Of a stretch of 64,000 nt of DNA, positions 14,163 to 26,699 are shown in pieces. The position numbers were made by a program, and so were the translations under genes. Within the stretch, counting starts at the first letter, position 1, and each line of letters begins with the position of its first letter. The notes below the pieces were generated by a model. That model did not search any database. It saw nothing but the letters and a program-made list of their open reading frames with translations, and was not told where the DNA came from. The stretch lies in assembly GCA_964016885.1 (NCBI GenBank), contig OZ024743.1, forward strand, positions 195,672,001-195,736,000, written 5' to 3'. The DNA comes from Eledone cirrhosa. Its lineage: Eukaryota.

Positions 14163-16789
14163 CAAAATTATTCCTAACAAAATGACTATTAATTTTTACG
14201 TTGGGTTTTCCTCTTCATAAAATATGAAGTTATTTTGAAATTAATATTGAAACGAGACAGCTTATAGTTGCCTAAAATCAGTTACGAATGAAATCCCTGC
14301 TTTGGGATAATGGACATATTTAACCGAATTTCAATTCATCTAATAATTCAGGTCACTCCAGTTTGGGTTGTTCCAATATTATGCAATATCAAGGAACGGA
14401 GCAGAAGCCTATAGTGCAATATTTAGTATTTTCGATGCTGAAAATGAGGGAAAGATCCAGGTTAAATACGTATAAACAGCGGAATGGCATACATCGGAAG
14501 CTGCAAGACTGAATGCATTACATTATTTAGTTACGTTCCTTTGTGTTTGTAAAATCAAATTCTGTAAGTCTTCTGCTTTCTTTTCATCCTCTAATATTGA
14601 TAACATATGTTCAGGTTATATTCTTGATTCGATATCAATCGATTACAGACTTCCCTACACACCAGTGTGCAAAATAACATTTCTTCGCTCATTGAAATTT
14701 ATTTTTCAAATATTCTTTGAGAAAAGATTTTCCTTCATTCTACCCCTTACCTCTCTGAAATACAATAAGATCTCAAAGGGACAGTTAATAATAAATAAAA
14801 TAATATCGGGTATGGCAATTCATGATAACAAAATAAATAATAAACGCTACGTATAGCAGTATAACAATGTGATGTATGTATCTGGAAAATGATTAGCTTC
14901 TGGAAAACAGGATAAGATAAAACATGGAAATATTACTTTCAAGTAATATCGATTGATATTGCAAAGGCTTTCAAATAATTTGAAAACGAAATGAGAAACG
15001 AATAAACGAATGAATGAATGAACGGTGAATGAGTGTGAGTGAAGAAAGAGACAATAGAAACAGGAGAGGAGTAGAGAAAATTAGAAAAGATAAGTTATAT
15101 AATCTTAGATTATCAAGTACATTCAACTTCTAGAACTCCGTACATTTCTTTCGTAGAACTAAATTCACGAATAGATTAAAGGCTTAAGTTATTGTTGTAG
15201 TTTCTAGTTTGCCTTTGCTAAAAACAGTTATCGTAACATTTCCTCTTGCTTCATATCTACCAAAGTTTTAAAAATTATCTATATTTCATTTTAACTAAAC
15301 GCTCTCGTCTAAAACTATTTTTTTTTTTAAATTAAAATAGCTTAGTATCATTTAAAAAGCAGTAGTTGATTAATACTCTGTTCAGAAGAAAATTTGCTCT
15401 TGACATTAAAAGGTAGATTATAGAGAAGATTTTATCTTTCTTGGAAAATATATATACAATCATCTTGAAAAGGATCAGGCAATATATCTAACTAAATAAC
15501 AATTTAAATATCTATTTTCTAAATTTCCCCAGCATTTCGTCTTTTTCACGAGAGATCTCACAGTTTTCACTTATATTCTAAGTTTACTCATTAATGATAA
15601 ATTCTTAACAATACAAGATATATTATAAATTCTTTGCATTAATCGCATGTTATGAAAGAAGCTAATGATAATTTGTTTTTCTATATGATTCTTCGAGATA
15701 TAAAATAACGTCATTATAAAGTAAAATTTGAAATTAAAGTTTACTTCATTGCATTTAAGATTGATAATGAAAGCCTTACTATTATGTTGGGAAAAGACAT
15801 TGTATGGAAAAGTAGCTATTTGCGAACCAGACAAATAAAACTTAGAAATAAATGCGAATATTATGTTCCCGTCATTGTTCGAACTTTAGATGCATTTTAA
15901 GTGCACATGGACATTATATCATAACAAATGTGGATTGTGTCTTTTTCAATGTCGTGAATATATTTAACTATAATAGATTGGATTTACCTTATTATATGAG
16001 TGATATATGACTATCATCTCCGCAAGGATGAAACACTAAACTAAAGCAGCAGTGTTTGATCTCAGAATATAGCGGAATAACACTAGTATGCCAGATATTC
16101 TACTGTTTCAGAAAATACAATCACATAATTTACGAAAGATATCTATTACCAACTGTAACGCTTCGAAACAATTAAACAGTAAATAAAGATTTTTTTTTTT
16201 AAACTGCGATAAATTTGTTGGTTTCTGGTTTTTCAACATCCACTAATTAGCGAAATATATTTGATAACTTTCTAATTTACACATACTATTTCATTTTATG
16301 GATTCGTTCTTTCTTGCATACTTGCTCGCAAACTGTTTTTCAAAGTCTAATCGATTTTTATGTTAACAGCCAGTGAAATATCAGAGGCCATTTTCTGTAA
16401 AAGTTCTCTTAACATTAAATCTTCTGAACATTAATTAGTTGAAGTATATTTCCAGACATGCAACTCAGAATCTATTTGTATTAAAGTCATTCACAGACCA
16501 AAATTCGCATATATCTGGCTTCCTGGACTGGATCACTATAGCAAAGATTAGTTTCTTAATAGGACAAGGCAATGAGTATGCAGTATGTAGTAGTCTATGA
16601 TATTATTGGGTAATATTCCGAATACTTCAGCATATTTAGAGAAAACGAATAATTTATATCAATCGTTATTTAAACAAGCCCGGTCTTCGGGCGTTTTTCT
16701 ACTAGCATATGTAGTGTGCTTATTAGTATTATACGCAAATATATATGCATATAGATATGATATATAAATTGAAAAGTGAATTGACAATA

Positions 16790-16917
16790 TCTTCTTCTTC
16801 GCCCAATCATTTCTGAAAGGGTCGTGGGGGCAGAGTCTTCCTCAAACACACCTTCCAGCGAGTCTGTCAGAAGCAAACATCTCTAACTGACCCAGTTGGA
16901 TCCCAAATCGTGACCAG
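16790..16917 (-). mobile_element. 3' end fragment of an RTE-type LINE with (GAA)n tail
   Basis: Homologous to 11950-12050; ends in CTTCTT repeats on the plus strand. Confidence 0.5.
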
Positions 16918-16977
16918 CCTCTGGTCAACATATCAGAGTACGTAGATATCTACGTACTCTGATGTGTTGACCAGAGG
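16918..16977. repeat. 60-bp near-perfect palindrome with no spacer
   Basis: CCTCTGGTCAACATATCAGAGTACGTAGAT followed by its reverse complement with one mismatch. Confidence 0.95.
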
Positions 16978-17300
16978 TAAATAATGTATTGGAGATCGAG
17001 TGACGCAACTTCAAGCGATTAGCGAATGGTAGACTCACCTGATCAACGAAACAATTGTCAGTACTTTAAATAAAGCCAACCAATTGTACAGCCAATCATG
17101 TTACTCTTCATTCTTTCACTATTATTACTTCAAGTATAACCTGCATAGAAATTACCGCGAACTCGCTGCATAACTATGGAAGCATCTTGTTGAGTCAAAC
17201 AAAGCCGTACGTTAAAACTATCCACAATGCAGAGTACTCACAACTTCTAACTGGATTACCTATAACGATAACTTGTTATCCCATATATATATATATTATT

Positions 17301-17485
17301 CGGTGGATTGGCAGTATTGGTAGAGGGTCGGATGCCATGCTTTGACGCATAGAGTTACAGCCCTTGCCATTCTGAGTTCAAATCCCGCCGAGGTTAACTT
17401 TGCCTTTCATCCTTACGGGGTCGATAAAATAAAGTACCAGTAATACACTGGTGATTGCTGGCCTTGTGCCTAACGTAGAAACAAT

Positions 17486-17531
<46 letters not shown>
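17301..17531 (+). mobile_element. tRNA-derived SINE with expanded (TAA)n tail
   Basis: Match to the SINE consensus; B box GAGTTCAAATCC. Confidence 0.9.
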
Positions 17532-17532
<1 letters not shown>

Positions 17533-17949
17533 GTTGACGGACCCAGCATAGGTATCAATGCTAGGACCGGTTGCATCTCAGTGTACTCAATAGGTAATGT
17601 AAAATACAATCCCAGAGTATAACATAGTTATTCGCTTCAATACAACACACGTAAACGGGTACCTATAGTAGATCCCGAAATCGAATTTCTGCCACATTTA
17701 ATGCACAATATGGTGCAATGCACCCTCTGTCCTCATATTATGCAACAATGCATAATCGGCACATGTGTAAAGTTATTAGAAACTGGGATCTGATACAATG
17801 CTGTCCCCCGACCGGCTACCGATTTATAAATTTACGTGATGGCAGGAGATTAGAAAATAAATAGGTCTACTCCCGTCATAAGCTCTCAGCCAACGTGTCC
17901 CAAACACAAATTAATAAGTTAGTGAAAAATTGGTTATTAGAAAGCATCC

Positions 17950-18480
17950 CCTCGAGAAGACCGGACGGTCTTACCCAGTACCCCTGGTCAAGAGGCAGGT
18001 GCCTCATCTGGGACCCCAGAGTTAGTGACGCTTTTGCGTCTTCCTCGTTCCTGGATGCAGCAGTAAGGGCGAGAGCTACTGCATCCGGAGCCGAACGGAA
18101 TAAAACCCTAAAATACCGGGATCAGTCGGCTAACTACATTTTCCAAACAGTGGCCTTCGGGGCGTTTCGGGGAATCGGGCTACTGACTGAGAGGTTCTTA
18201 TCTTCACTGACGGCTTGCCTAACCGAGGTAACTGGTGATGCTTCTGGGGGTGCTTCGTTGTTCCACCACCTCAGCCCTGGCCATCACCCGAGGTAACGCT
18301 GCGAGCGCGCTGGCTTACCTCAGTTCTCGTTATATCGTTATCTTTTGCTCTGGTAGCTGCTCGTTCGTGCACCCCTTTCGCCAGCCTTTTGTTGCATGAG
18401 GTCCTAGATGTGTGTGCTACCAGCTTGTGTTTATTTCTCTTTTTTTTCCCTTTTCCTTTCCATTGTATATGTTATATTTG
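17950..18480 (+). mobile_element. 3' fragment of a CRE-clade non-LTR retrotransposon (restriction-like endonuclease domain)
   Basis: RRPDGLTQYPWSRGRCLIWD...KTLKY...FQTVAFGAFRG...LFHHLS and, after a frameshift, AITRGNAAS match the CRE-type RLE C-terminus. Confidence 0.75.
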
Positions 18481-18497
18481 TTTGTGTTTTCGTTCTG

Positions 18498-18676
18498 TTG
18501 GCATTATAGAGGTTGGGCGGCATGCTTTGCAGCAAAGAGTTACGGCTCTTGCCATTTTGAGTTCAAATCCCGCCGAGGTTAATTTTGCCTTTCATCCTTA
18601 CGGGGTCGATAAAATAAAGTAACAGTAATGAACTGGGTAATTGCTGGCCTTGTGCCAACAGTAGAAACAATTATTA
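18498..18676 (+). mobile_element. tRNA-derived SINE, diverged 5' end
   Basis: Match to the SINE consensus. Confidence 0.85.
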
Positions 18677-18810
18677 TATATTTTAATACATATAAATGTA
18701 TGCATATGCACATACACACACGCACAAACATGCACATACGCGCCAGCGTGTTGAAAGATCCTAATCTCTTCATCTTTCATTTTCCTCTCGCCCTCTCTCA
18801 CCCCTCCCAT

Positions 18811-18861
<51 letters not shown>

Positions 18862-18904
18862 TTGTGTGTGTGCGTGTGTATATATATATAGAGAGAGAGA
18901 AATA

Positions 18905-18958
<54 letters not shown>

Positions 18959-19210
18959 GTGTCATATAGTCACTCCATCTGTCTGTATCTCTCTCTTCAC
19001 ACAGTCTCTCTTTCTTTCTCGCTCTGTATATATATGTATATATATGGTAGTTGAAGTGGTGATGGCGATATACCGGAAGTTGAAATTTGAAACTTTTAAT
19101 GGAAGTGAATCTTAAAATAAGCAATACATTAAATTATTTATGTTTAATAGGGTGTTACAAAATTTAGTAGATAAACTATATAATATTCATCCATTATTTA
19201 TTCAAAATTT

Positions 19211-19391
19211 GGTGGATTGGCAGTGTCGAAAGAGGGTCGGACGCCATGCTTTGCAGCATAGTTACGTCCCTTTACGATCTGAGTTCAAATCCTGCCGAGG
19301 TTGACTTCGCCTTTCATCCTTACGGGGTCGATAACATAAAGTACCAATAATGCATTGGGTAATTGCTGGCCTTGTGCCTAAAGTAGAAACA
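19211..19391 (+). mobile_element. tRNA-derived SINE with 17-bp TSD
   Basis: TSD ATTATTTATTCAAAATT at 19193-19209 and 19392-19408. Confidence 0.92.
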
Positions 19392-20094
19392 ATTATTTAT
19401 TCAAAATTATTCATTTTATTTTGTTAACGAGATTAAAAAATATAAAACGGACACTGTCCCGCCCTTACTCCTCCCTTTATTATATTATAGATACAGAACA
19501 CCTGTTTTTGCGTTAAAATTTATTTATTATTTAGCTACAAGGCCCCACAGTTAATTGAAGGAAAAACATGATGAATCCCACTGCTGTGTATCGTTAGTAG
19601 TTAAATTTGATCTAGCTGAGAAAGATAAAAATCCAAATTTGACCACAGCGGGTCATGAGAATGAAAACGTAATTATCACTATGTTCCCGGTACATTTTCC
19701 CAGTATTCTGCAAACTCTGTTTACGTTGTTAGTGAACTCCGTGGATATACCTATCCGTGTCCAAATCTGATAACAATGATAACTAGATTCAGTGAAATTA
19801 TTTAAAACAACTGTGATATATACGATGAGCTAATTGATTACTTTTAATCATGTTTTCTTTAAATGATATTATGTATGTATGAATGTTCTGGTTTTATAAT
19901 TTCACAAATTTTTTCCTCAATAGAGAGAGAGTCGGTTTCTAACATAGACACAAGACTCTCTCATTGGAATTTAGACAACATCAAATGGGTAGATTATGTA
20001 TGCATGCATGCATGTGTAGATATGGATGTGTATGTTTTGAGTTGTATGTGTGCATGTGGATATGCTTTGTATCTGTATATGTGTATATGCAGTT

Positions 20095-23000
20095 ATTAGA
20101 TGCAAAACTTTTGGAATGTTTTACATATTTTACTGTTCCATTAATAGATTGTACTGGTAATTTCCTAAATAGTTGTGTTCTTTCTGTTCCTCTGAAGCCT
20201 AGCTTCTCAAGATTTGTATTGAGGCAGTTACTAACATACCCCAGTGCCCCAATAATCACAGGCATAAATCTGAAGGGTGGAGTATCTGCAGATTTCTCAT
20301 CAGTTCTGCATAAATATTCTCCTTTTCGCTAATCTTTGATATTATATTGGCATCTGCTGGCCCATATCATAATATCTGGTCTGTTATGCCTGCATTTTAT
20401 TGGGGTTTTTACTGGAACATTCCACCAGTACTCTTTCATATTATGTACATGGATGTCTTCCACATTGCTGTAGCTTTTAATGTGTTTGTTATCGGGGCTA
20501 TCTTTTTTACGAACTGCATTGTATAGTGTTTTGGCCACTATATCATGCCTCATAGGTAGATAGTACCGCGATGACATCTTTGGACAGCTGCTGATGACGT
20601 GGGTGATATCTTCGATGTTAGTTCTGCAGAGTCTGTACTTGTTATCACATCTAGGTGTTATGCCTGCATCCCTATCTCTTTTGTGAATCAGGTATTTCGT
20701 GTTAATCTCCTGTTCTTGGATTGCAAAAGCGTATCCTTCAAAGTGGGAGCCAATATAGCGGCTGTTGGTCCAAGATAGACTACTTTCCTTATCTATATTA
20801 CTCTCACTTCCTGGCAACATATCCATGCATGATTTTTTGCTGATAAGCATGCAGTTTTTCATCCATGGATTCACTGCCATACTGCTGAGCGACTTCCCTG
20901 GGTGTGAGTTTTTGATTAACACACAGGGAGTATCTCTCGGGGAGTTCCTGCCCAACTCTCATGATCTTACCTTTCATGCAAATAGACTTGCTCGAGAGAC
21001 GGGATCCTACGCTTCGAGGTTCGTAGATGTTGTCAGAGAGATATGATGCGACATTCAAATGTTGTCTGGACTGATGTTAGGCCTTTGCCTCCCTGCTTAC
21101 GTTTCAAGTAAAGGCGGTCTATGTCACTGTTGATGTGGAAGTTTCCGGTGTTGTTTAGTATTTTTCGAGTTCCAACATCAACTGCTCGGATTTCGTCTAT
21201 CGTCCAATTGAGTATTCCAAACATTGGTGTTAGGACAGGCACAGAAAACACATTGTGAGCCACTGTTTTGTTTTGCGCAGAGAGTTCCGATCACCAAATC
21301 TTTCTTAATCGGGTGTAGTATTCCCTGGTTACGCCTTCTTTATTACAGAGACCATTATAGGATATGTTCTCATCTATCCCCAGGTATCTGTAGCAGTCCT
21401 CATCAGATATCGGTGAAACAGTTAGGCCATTGATGACAATGTTGCTAGATTGGGTTGTTGTTTTTTCCCGCTTTACAGTCATGTATGAGCATTTATCTTG
21501 TCCAAACTCCATTCCTATATCCTTTGAGAACGTTGTAACCAGGTCAAGATCTTTCTTCATCCCATCCATGTTCTTGGCATAGAGTTTTAGATCGTCCACA
21601 AAGAAAGTATGGGTTAGGTTCGTATTTCTGTCCTCCTGTGAACCAATGATGTATCCCTCACATTGCTTGAGCAGAGAGGACAAGGGGTTTAATGACAAGA
21701 TGAATAATATCACAGAGAGACTGTCCCCCTGAAATACACCCCTGTGATATTTTATTTTATCAGTGAAAATAGAGTCCTCCCTCTCTATCTTTAACCTTAG
21801 GATAGTAGACCAAGAAGAAGACAGCCTCTCTATGGCTCTGACAATAATGTCTGGGACTTTAGCAAGCTGGAGGGCCTCTATCATCCAAGTGTGGGGAACA
21901 GAATCGAAAGCTTTCCTGTAGTCCAGCTAGACTGTAACCATATTCCTCCTAAGTTGTCGCACCTCCGACATCGCAGTTTTGTTGATTAGGAGTTGTTCAG
22001 CACATCCTCAAACCCCTTTCTTTCCAGCTGCTTGTTTATCTGTGATGATGTTATTATTTTCAGTGTTCTTGGAGGAATAGGTTCAGGCAGGCTGTATACA
22101 TCTTATACATCAGGTTCTGGCATGCAATGGGTCGGTAGTTTTTTTGCCAAGTGGGTGTCTTTGTTCTTGGGGACCAGTAATGTTTGTGCTAATGTCAACC
22201 ATTCTGGTATAAGTGTATCTCCCTTAAGAACTTGTTGGTAGAGGTCAGTAAGATACCTTCGATAGAATATCAGTATTTTTGTGCCAATAGCCGACAATCA
22301 TGTCTCTTCCTGGTGTTTTCTTATCTTGGAGTTTTTCTATCACAGTCTCAAGGGTAGCTTAACTTATTTCGTATGTTTTTGTTGTAGTGTAGGAGCAATA
22401 GTTCTTTCGGATTTCTCTTAGCCACACTGCATCTTGGTTGAAATTCTTCTTTTCACCCCATATTTTGCTCCAAAAGGAATCTGTCTTTCTGGGATGGGGC
22501 CTCAGTGACTCTTATTATTTTGTTCTTCATATCTCTATAGACTGATGTTTGATTTCGTCTGAATCTTTTATTAAGCAATTTTCTCTCATCTACCTTCTTC
22601 AGGTATCGGCGTTTTTCGCTAACAGCTCTCAATTCTTGTTTGAGGGTGATCAGCTTATGTTACATCGTCTCTATTTTATTTTTCACTCTTTGTTGGTGAG
22701 GAGTGAGGTTTTTTGTGTTTGTTTGCATGTACGGAGCAGTGTCACATATCCTATGGTTTTTCGTAGGTCAGCAATCTTTCTTTATTTTAGTTATATATGA
22801 TGGAATTTTTGGTGGTGTTCTGTTCTTGTTAATATCTCTGCTACCACCAAGATAATGCTTCACTGTCGTTGCTAAAACATTTAAACAGGCGTTGATTTAC
22901 CAAAATGTTGGCGTTTTTATCCGTCGTAAATATTCATCCCCTATTTCGTCAATAACACGTAATATTTCATTATTTGGTTTTTTATTAAACATTGTCGTTT

Positions 23001-23893
23001 TAATACGTTCAGCAAGAGAGATATTTATACATGAATTAATTTCTCTCTGGAAGATTTTGTTGAGGGAAATTTTCAATTGTTTATACTTTGGATTATTATC
23101 ATTATCGATAGTATTTTCCACAATAGTCGAGGTAGACTCGGACGGTACACGTGGTGTCAAATTTCTTCGATTATTATTATTATCGATAGTGTTCCTCAGC
23201 GTTCGAGGTAGAATTAGATGGTACAGGTGGTGTCAAGTTTCTTACAGGCGTAGTTGTTTCAAGGCGCTGTTCGACCTGACTGCTAGGATGTCTAGTAGCA
23301 TAGCGATCTGTAACACGTATTGTTGATCCCATGTTTGTTGTGGGGGAGTTACAATTACTACTATTTATCTTATTTTTACGTTCAACAAACGTCGCTTGTT
23401 GGCGTAATTGTTTCGCTGTGAAATAATTTAGCTCTGGGTGCATTTCGTCCCAGTGTAGCTTCATTCTGTTCATATAGCCAATGGAGGGATTGGTTTTTTT
23501 TGCCATTATATAACAATTAAATAAATCATTATTAAGTTCGCAACTCCAAGAGAAATGCGATTTATAATTTCGGCTTCTTCTGTAGCTACAACTGAATAAA
23601 GTTTGTTTACCTTTCTTGTTGTTGGTCTTCGATACTTCCATAATTTTGTTGTTGATGTTGTGTTCAGCAACATCAACATCATGCTGTTTCTAGCAAATCC
23701 TTGTAAAATGAATTATGTATTTAGTCGGATATCTCTACGAATTCGAATAAAAGGTGTCTTCAGAAGATATAGTTAGAAGAATAACCAGTTATTCAACATG
23801 ACTGTAGGTGGGGCATTACTGTCGGAGATAGTATTCATCTTAAATTTAATAAATAGTCTCCCACGCCAAAATATGCGACTGATCGCGTTGACT
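20095..23893 (-). mobile_element. Near-full-length decayed R4/Dong-clade non-LTR retrotransposon (Myb-like, RT, zinc knuckle, RLE)
   Basis: Fragmented ORF: N-terminal W..CY..GYMNRMKLHW..HP..QLRQQA (23180-23641); RT GVFQGDSLS and FFVDDLKLY (21291-21884); DIDRLYLKRKQGGKGL; C-terminal EDITHVISSC, RHDIVA and NRPDI (20329-20955). Multiple stops and frameshifts. Confidence 0.88.
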
Positions 23894-23925
23894 GTATATG
23901 TATGTATGTATGCATGTATGTATGT

Positions 23926-24116
23926 GTCTGGTCACTCTTGAGTGCTACTGGCAACATGTAACCCAGTACAACCTGTCGCATGGTCGGGTCTTTGCCGACT
24001 AAACCGGCGACCCCACCAAGTTTACTTGATGAGGAGGGTGATTTAGGACACCTTGCAGGACAAAAAACAAAACATGACAAAGGGCAGAAGAACTCATAAG
24101 TGTCAACGGCCATTGA
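23926..24116 (+). mobile_element. 5' fragment of RTE-derived non-autonomous family Y
   Basis: Homologous to 24176-24360. Confidence 0.75.
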
Positions 24117-24175
24117 AAAATGTGTAAACATGTGTATACATGTATGCATGTGTATGTATATATATATACATACAT

Positions 24176-24770
24176 GTCAGGTCACCAGATGGTGCTACTG
24201 GTAACATCTATTCCAGTAGAACCTGTCCCATTGTCGGGTCGTTGGCGACTAAACTGGCAATCCCACCAAGGTTTCTTGGTGAGCAGGGTAACTTAGGACA
24301 TCCTGCAGGACTAAAAACAAAACCTGTCAAAGGGCAAAAGAGCTCTTAAGAGTGAATGGCCATCCAAAATCACCGGGAGAGATGAGCCTTTGTCAAGGCA
24401 GAATTCTAGGAGAAGGAAAACTCTGATATAACAGCTGCAACCCTGATGGTATCCAATGATGTTGACTTGTTCTTCTTTTTGGTAAATATCATCTTGGTTA
24501 AGAGAGTGAGACTGGCTTTGTGCAGTACCTTTGCTCACTATAAAAGCTTCACGGCACAGGCATTGCTTTATATCTGCAGATCTCTCTTCACTTGTCGTCA
24601 CATGGTACCATGGGCCCAGCACTGTGTCAATAATTGTCACAAGTGTAGCGTTTGTACCAGACTTTTCAAGTCGCTGGCTGGACTAAAAAGTCACACTCGT
24701 TCAGCGCATCGGTAAGGGTTGTCCTACATGGATATAAAGTAGTGGCTGTACTCGAAAACGAGTTGGCAGC

Positions 24771-24773
<3 letters not shown>
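24176..24773 (+). mobile_element. Full-length RTE-derived bipartite non-autonomous retroelement (family Y)
   Basis: RTE-like 5' UTR block (TTCTAGGAGAAGG...GATGTTGAC...GCACAGGCATTGC) joined to a terminal C2H2 remnant (CSVCTRLFKSLAGLKSH) and an RTE-type 3' stem-loop CTCG-AAAA-CGAG. Other copies at 36345, 39820 and 42545. Confidence 0.85.
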
Positions 24774-24838
<65 letters not shown>

Positions 24839-24900
24839 CTGTGTGTATGTATGTGTGTGCGTGTGTGTGTGTGTGTACATGTATGCATGTGTATGTATAT

Positions 24901-25252
24901 GCGCGGGAACATAGAAATAATTGGGCTGGATACATGACCACACGTAGTGAAGGACCCCTAGCCTTTGTCAGGGCATTCTTCTAGGAGAAGGCAACTCAGG
25001 AAACTGGGATAACTCCAACATAAAACCTGCGACTCAGTAGTTACCGATGATGTTGATCTTTTCTTCTTTTCGGGTTGCAGTTACTGTCGCTGAGAGAGTG
25101 GGATTGGCTCAGAGCACAGTCTTTCTTCACTTTAAAAAAATCTTTGCACGATAACATTAATTGATAATTATTATATTAATTGATAATTATTAATAATGTT
25201 ATATCTTGCAATGGCCATACTCGATAACGAGCAGGCAACCACCATGTATGTA
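24901..25252 (+). mobile_element. Bipartite non-autonomous element built from the 5' UTR and 3' tail of the RTE LINE in this window (family Z)
   Basis: 24901-25150 matches the reverse complement of 48320-48584; 25208-25245 matches the RTE 3' end (44413-44457, minus) and is followed by (ATGT)n. Confidence 0.85.
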
Positions 25253-25354
25253 TGATTGTATGTATGTACGTATGTATGTATATGTTGGTAGGTATGGATG
25301 TATGTACGTGTGTATATATTAAAAAAGAAATGTATATATATATATATGTATATA

Positions 25355-25650
<296 letters not shown>

Positions 25651-26386
25651 AATTAAGTAAAATATTCAAGATTTGGCTTCGTTTATTAAAGATGTACTGC
25701 TATATATATTTCGGTGCAGCCATCATTGGCTGTGACCTCTTCAGGCAGTTCGAATTGGTGTGGTAGAGACAGGTACACATGTTGTTAAAGTGTTTTATTC
25801 CGTCAATACTCCGATATGTCCAGTTCCTGGTTGGGTTGTTATTTATCTGAAGAACTGGAATCATATGATATGATTCCAGTTCCTCACAGTATGGACATAG
25901 AATAAAGAATGCAAATGCAAAAGATATTGTTGACAATTAGTCTTTTACCTTAGATTTATTTAAAATGTCCTTAATTTTCGAGATAATATCTCTTCTTCGG
26001 AGGGAAGTAAAGCGGTTAAACCAGTGTTCTAAATAGCTATATATATATATATATATATATGCATTTTGATACGCTAACGTGAAGGAGAGATATTTCTTAA
26101 GATAACTATTAGATAACATTCTCTCGAATCTCAATCTGCTTTCTTTCTCAGCCTCAAAATTGAAATGAATGAGGTTGGATAAGGGAGTCTGGAAGTTGAT
26201 ACATGGGACATGTTAAAATATTCATATTTCATTGGTCATCTCTGCTCATATGATATTGTTTAGAGTACGGGATTGTCACTCGTAGCAGTATGGGACAGCT
26301 TTCCCTTTTATTTCCTTTTGTTTCCCTTCTTGTTATTATTGCCGTCATTATAGTTGTCATTATTCTTATTATTATCGTTACTGTAA

Positions 26387-26535
26387 GGGCGGGGAATTGG
26401 CAGTATCTGTAGAGGGTCGGACGCCATGCTTTGCGCCATAGAGTTACGGGCCTCGCCGAGGTTAACTTTGCCTTTCATCCTTACGAGGTCGATATAATCT
26501 ACTTTCCCCTCCCCCAAAATTGCTGGCCTTGTGAC
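26387..26535 (+). mobile_element. SINE copy with internal deletions
   Basis: Consensus 5' end; B-box region deleted; variant 3' part TTCCCCTCCCCCAAAATTGCTGG. Confidence 0.8.
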
Positions 26536-26699
26536 TATATATATTATTATTGTTACTGTAAATAATATCATGTTTATACAGTTTTTATTAGCAAAGAATT
26601 GTTTTCATCTTTATGAGATAAACCCTCATGAACTTACACGCTTAAATATCACGGGTTAAACTAAATCACTTGAGCTGCTTGTGATAGTTAAAAATTGAT

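Noticed and set aside
24446-24715. 89-aa ORF with a hydrophobic N-terminus and a C-terminal C2H2 finger in family Y
   Set aside because: The three other copies carry a 2-nt difference (CACTATGTGTC vs CACTGTGTC) that breaks this frame, so it is probably a chance fusion.
25847-25890. CTGAAGA plus a long stem as a hammerhead
   Set aside because: No GAAA follows the stem.
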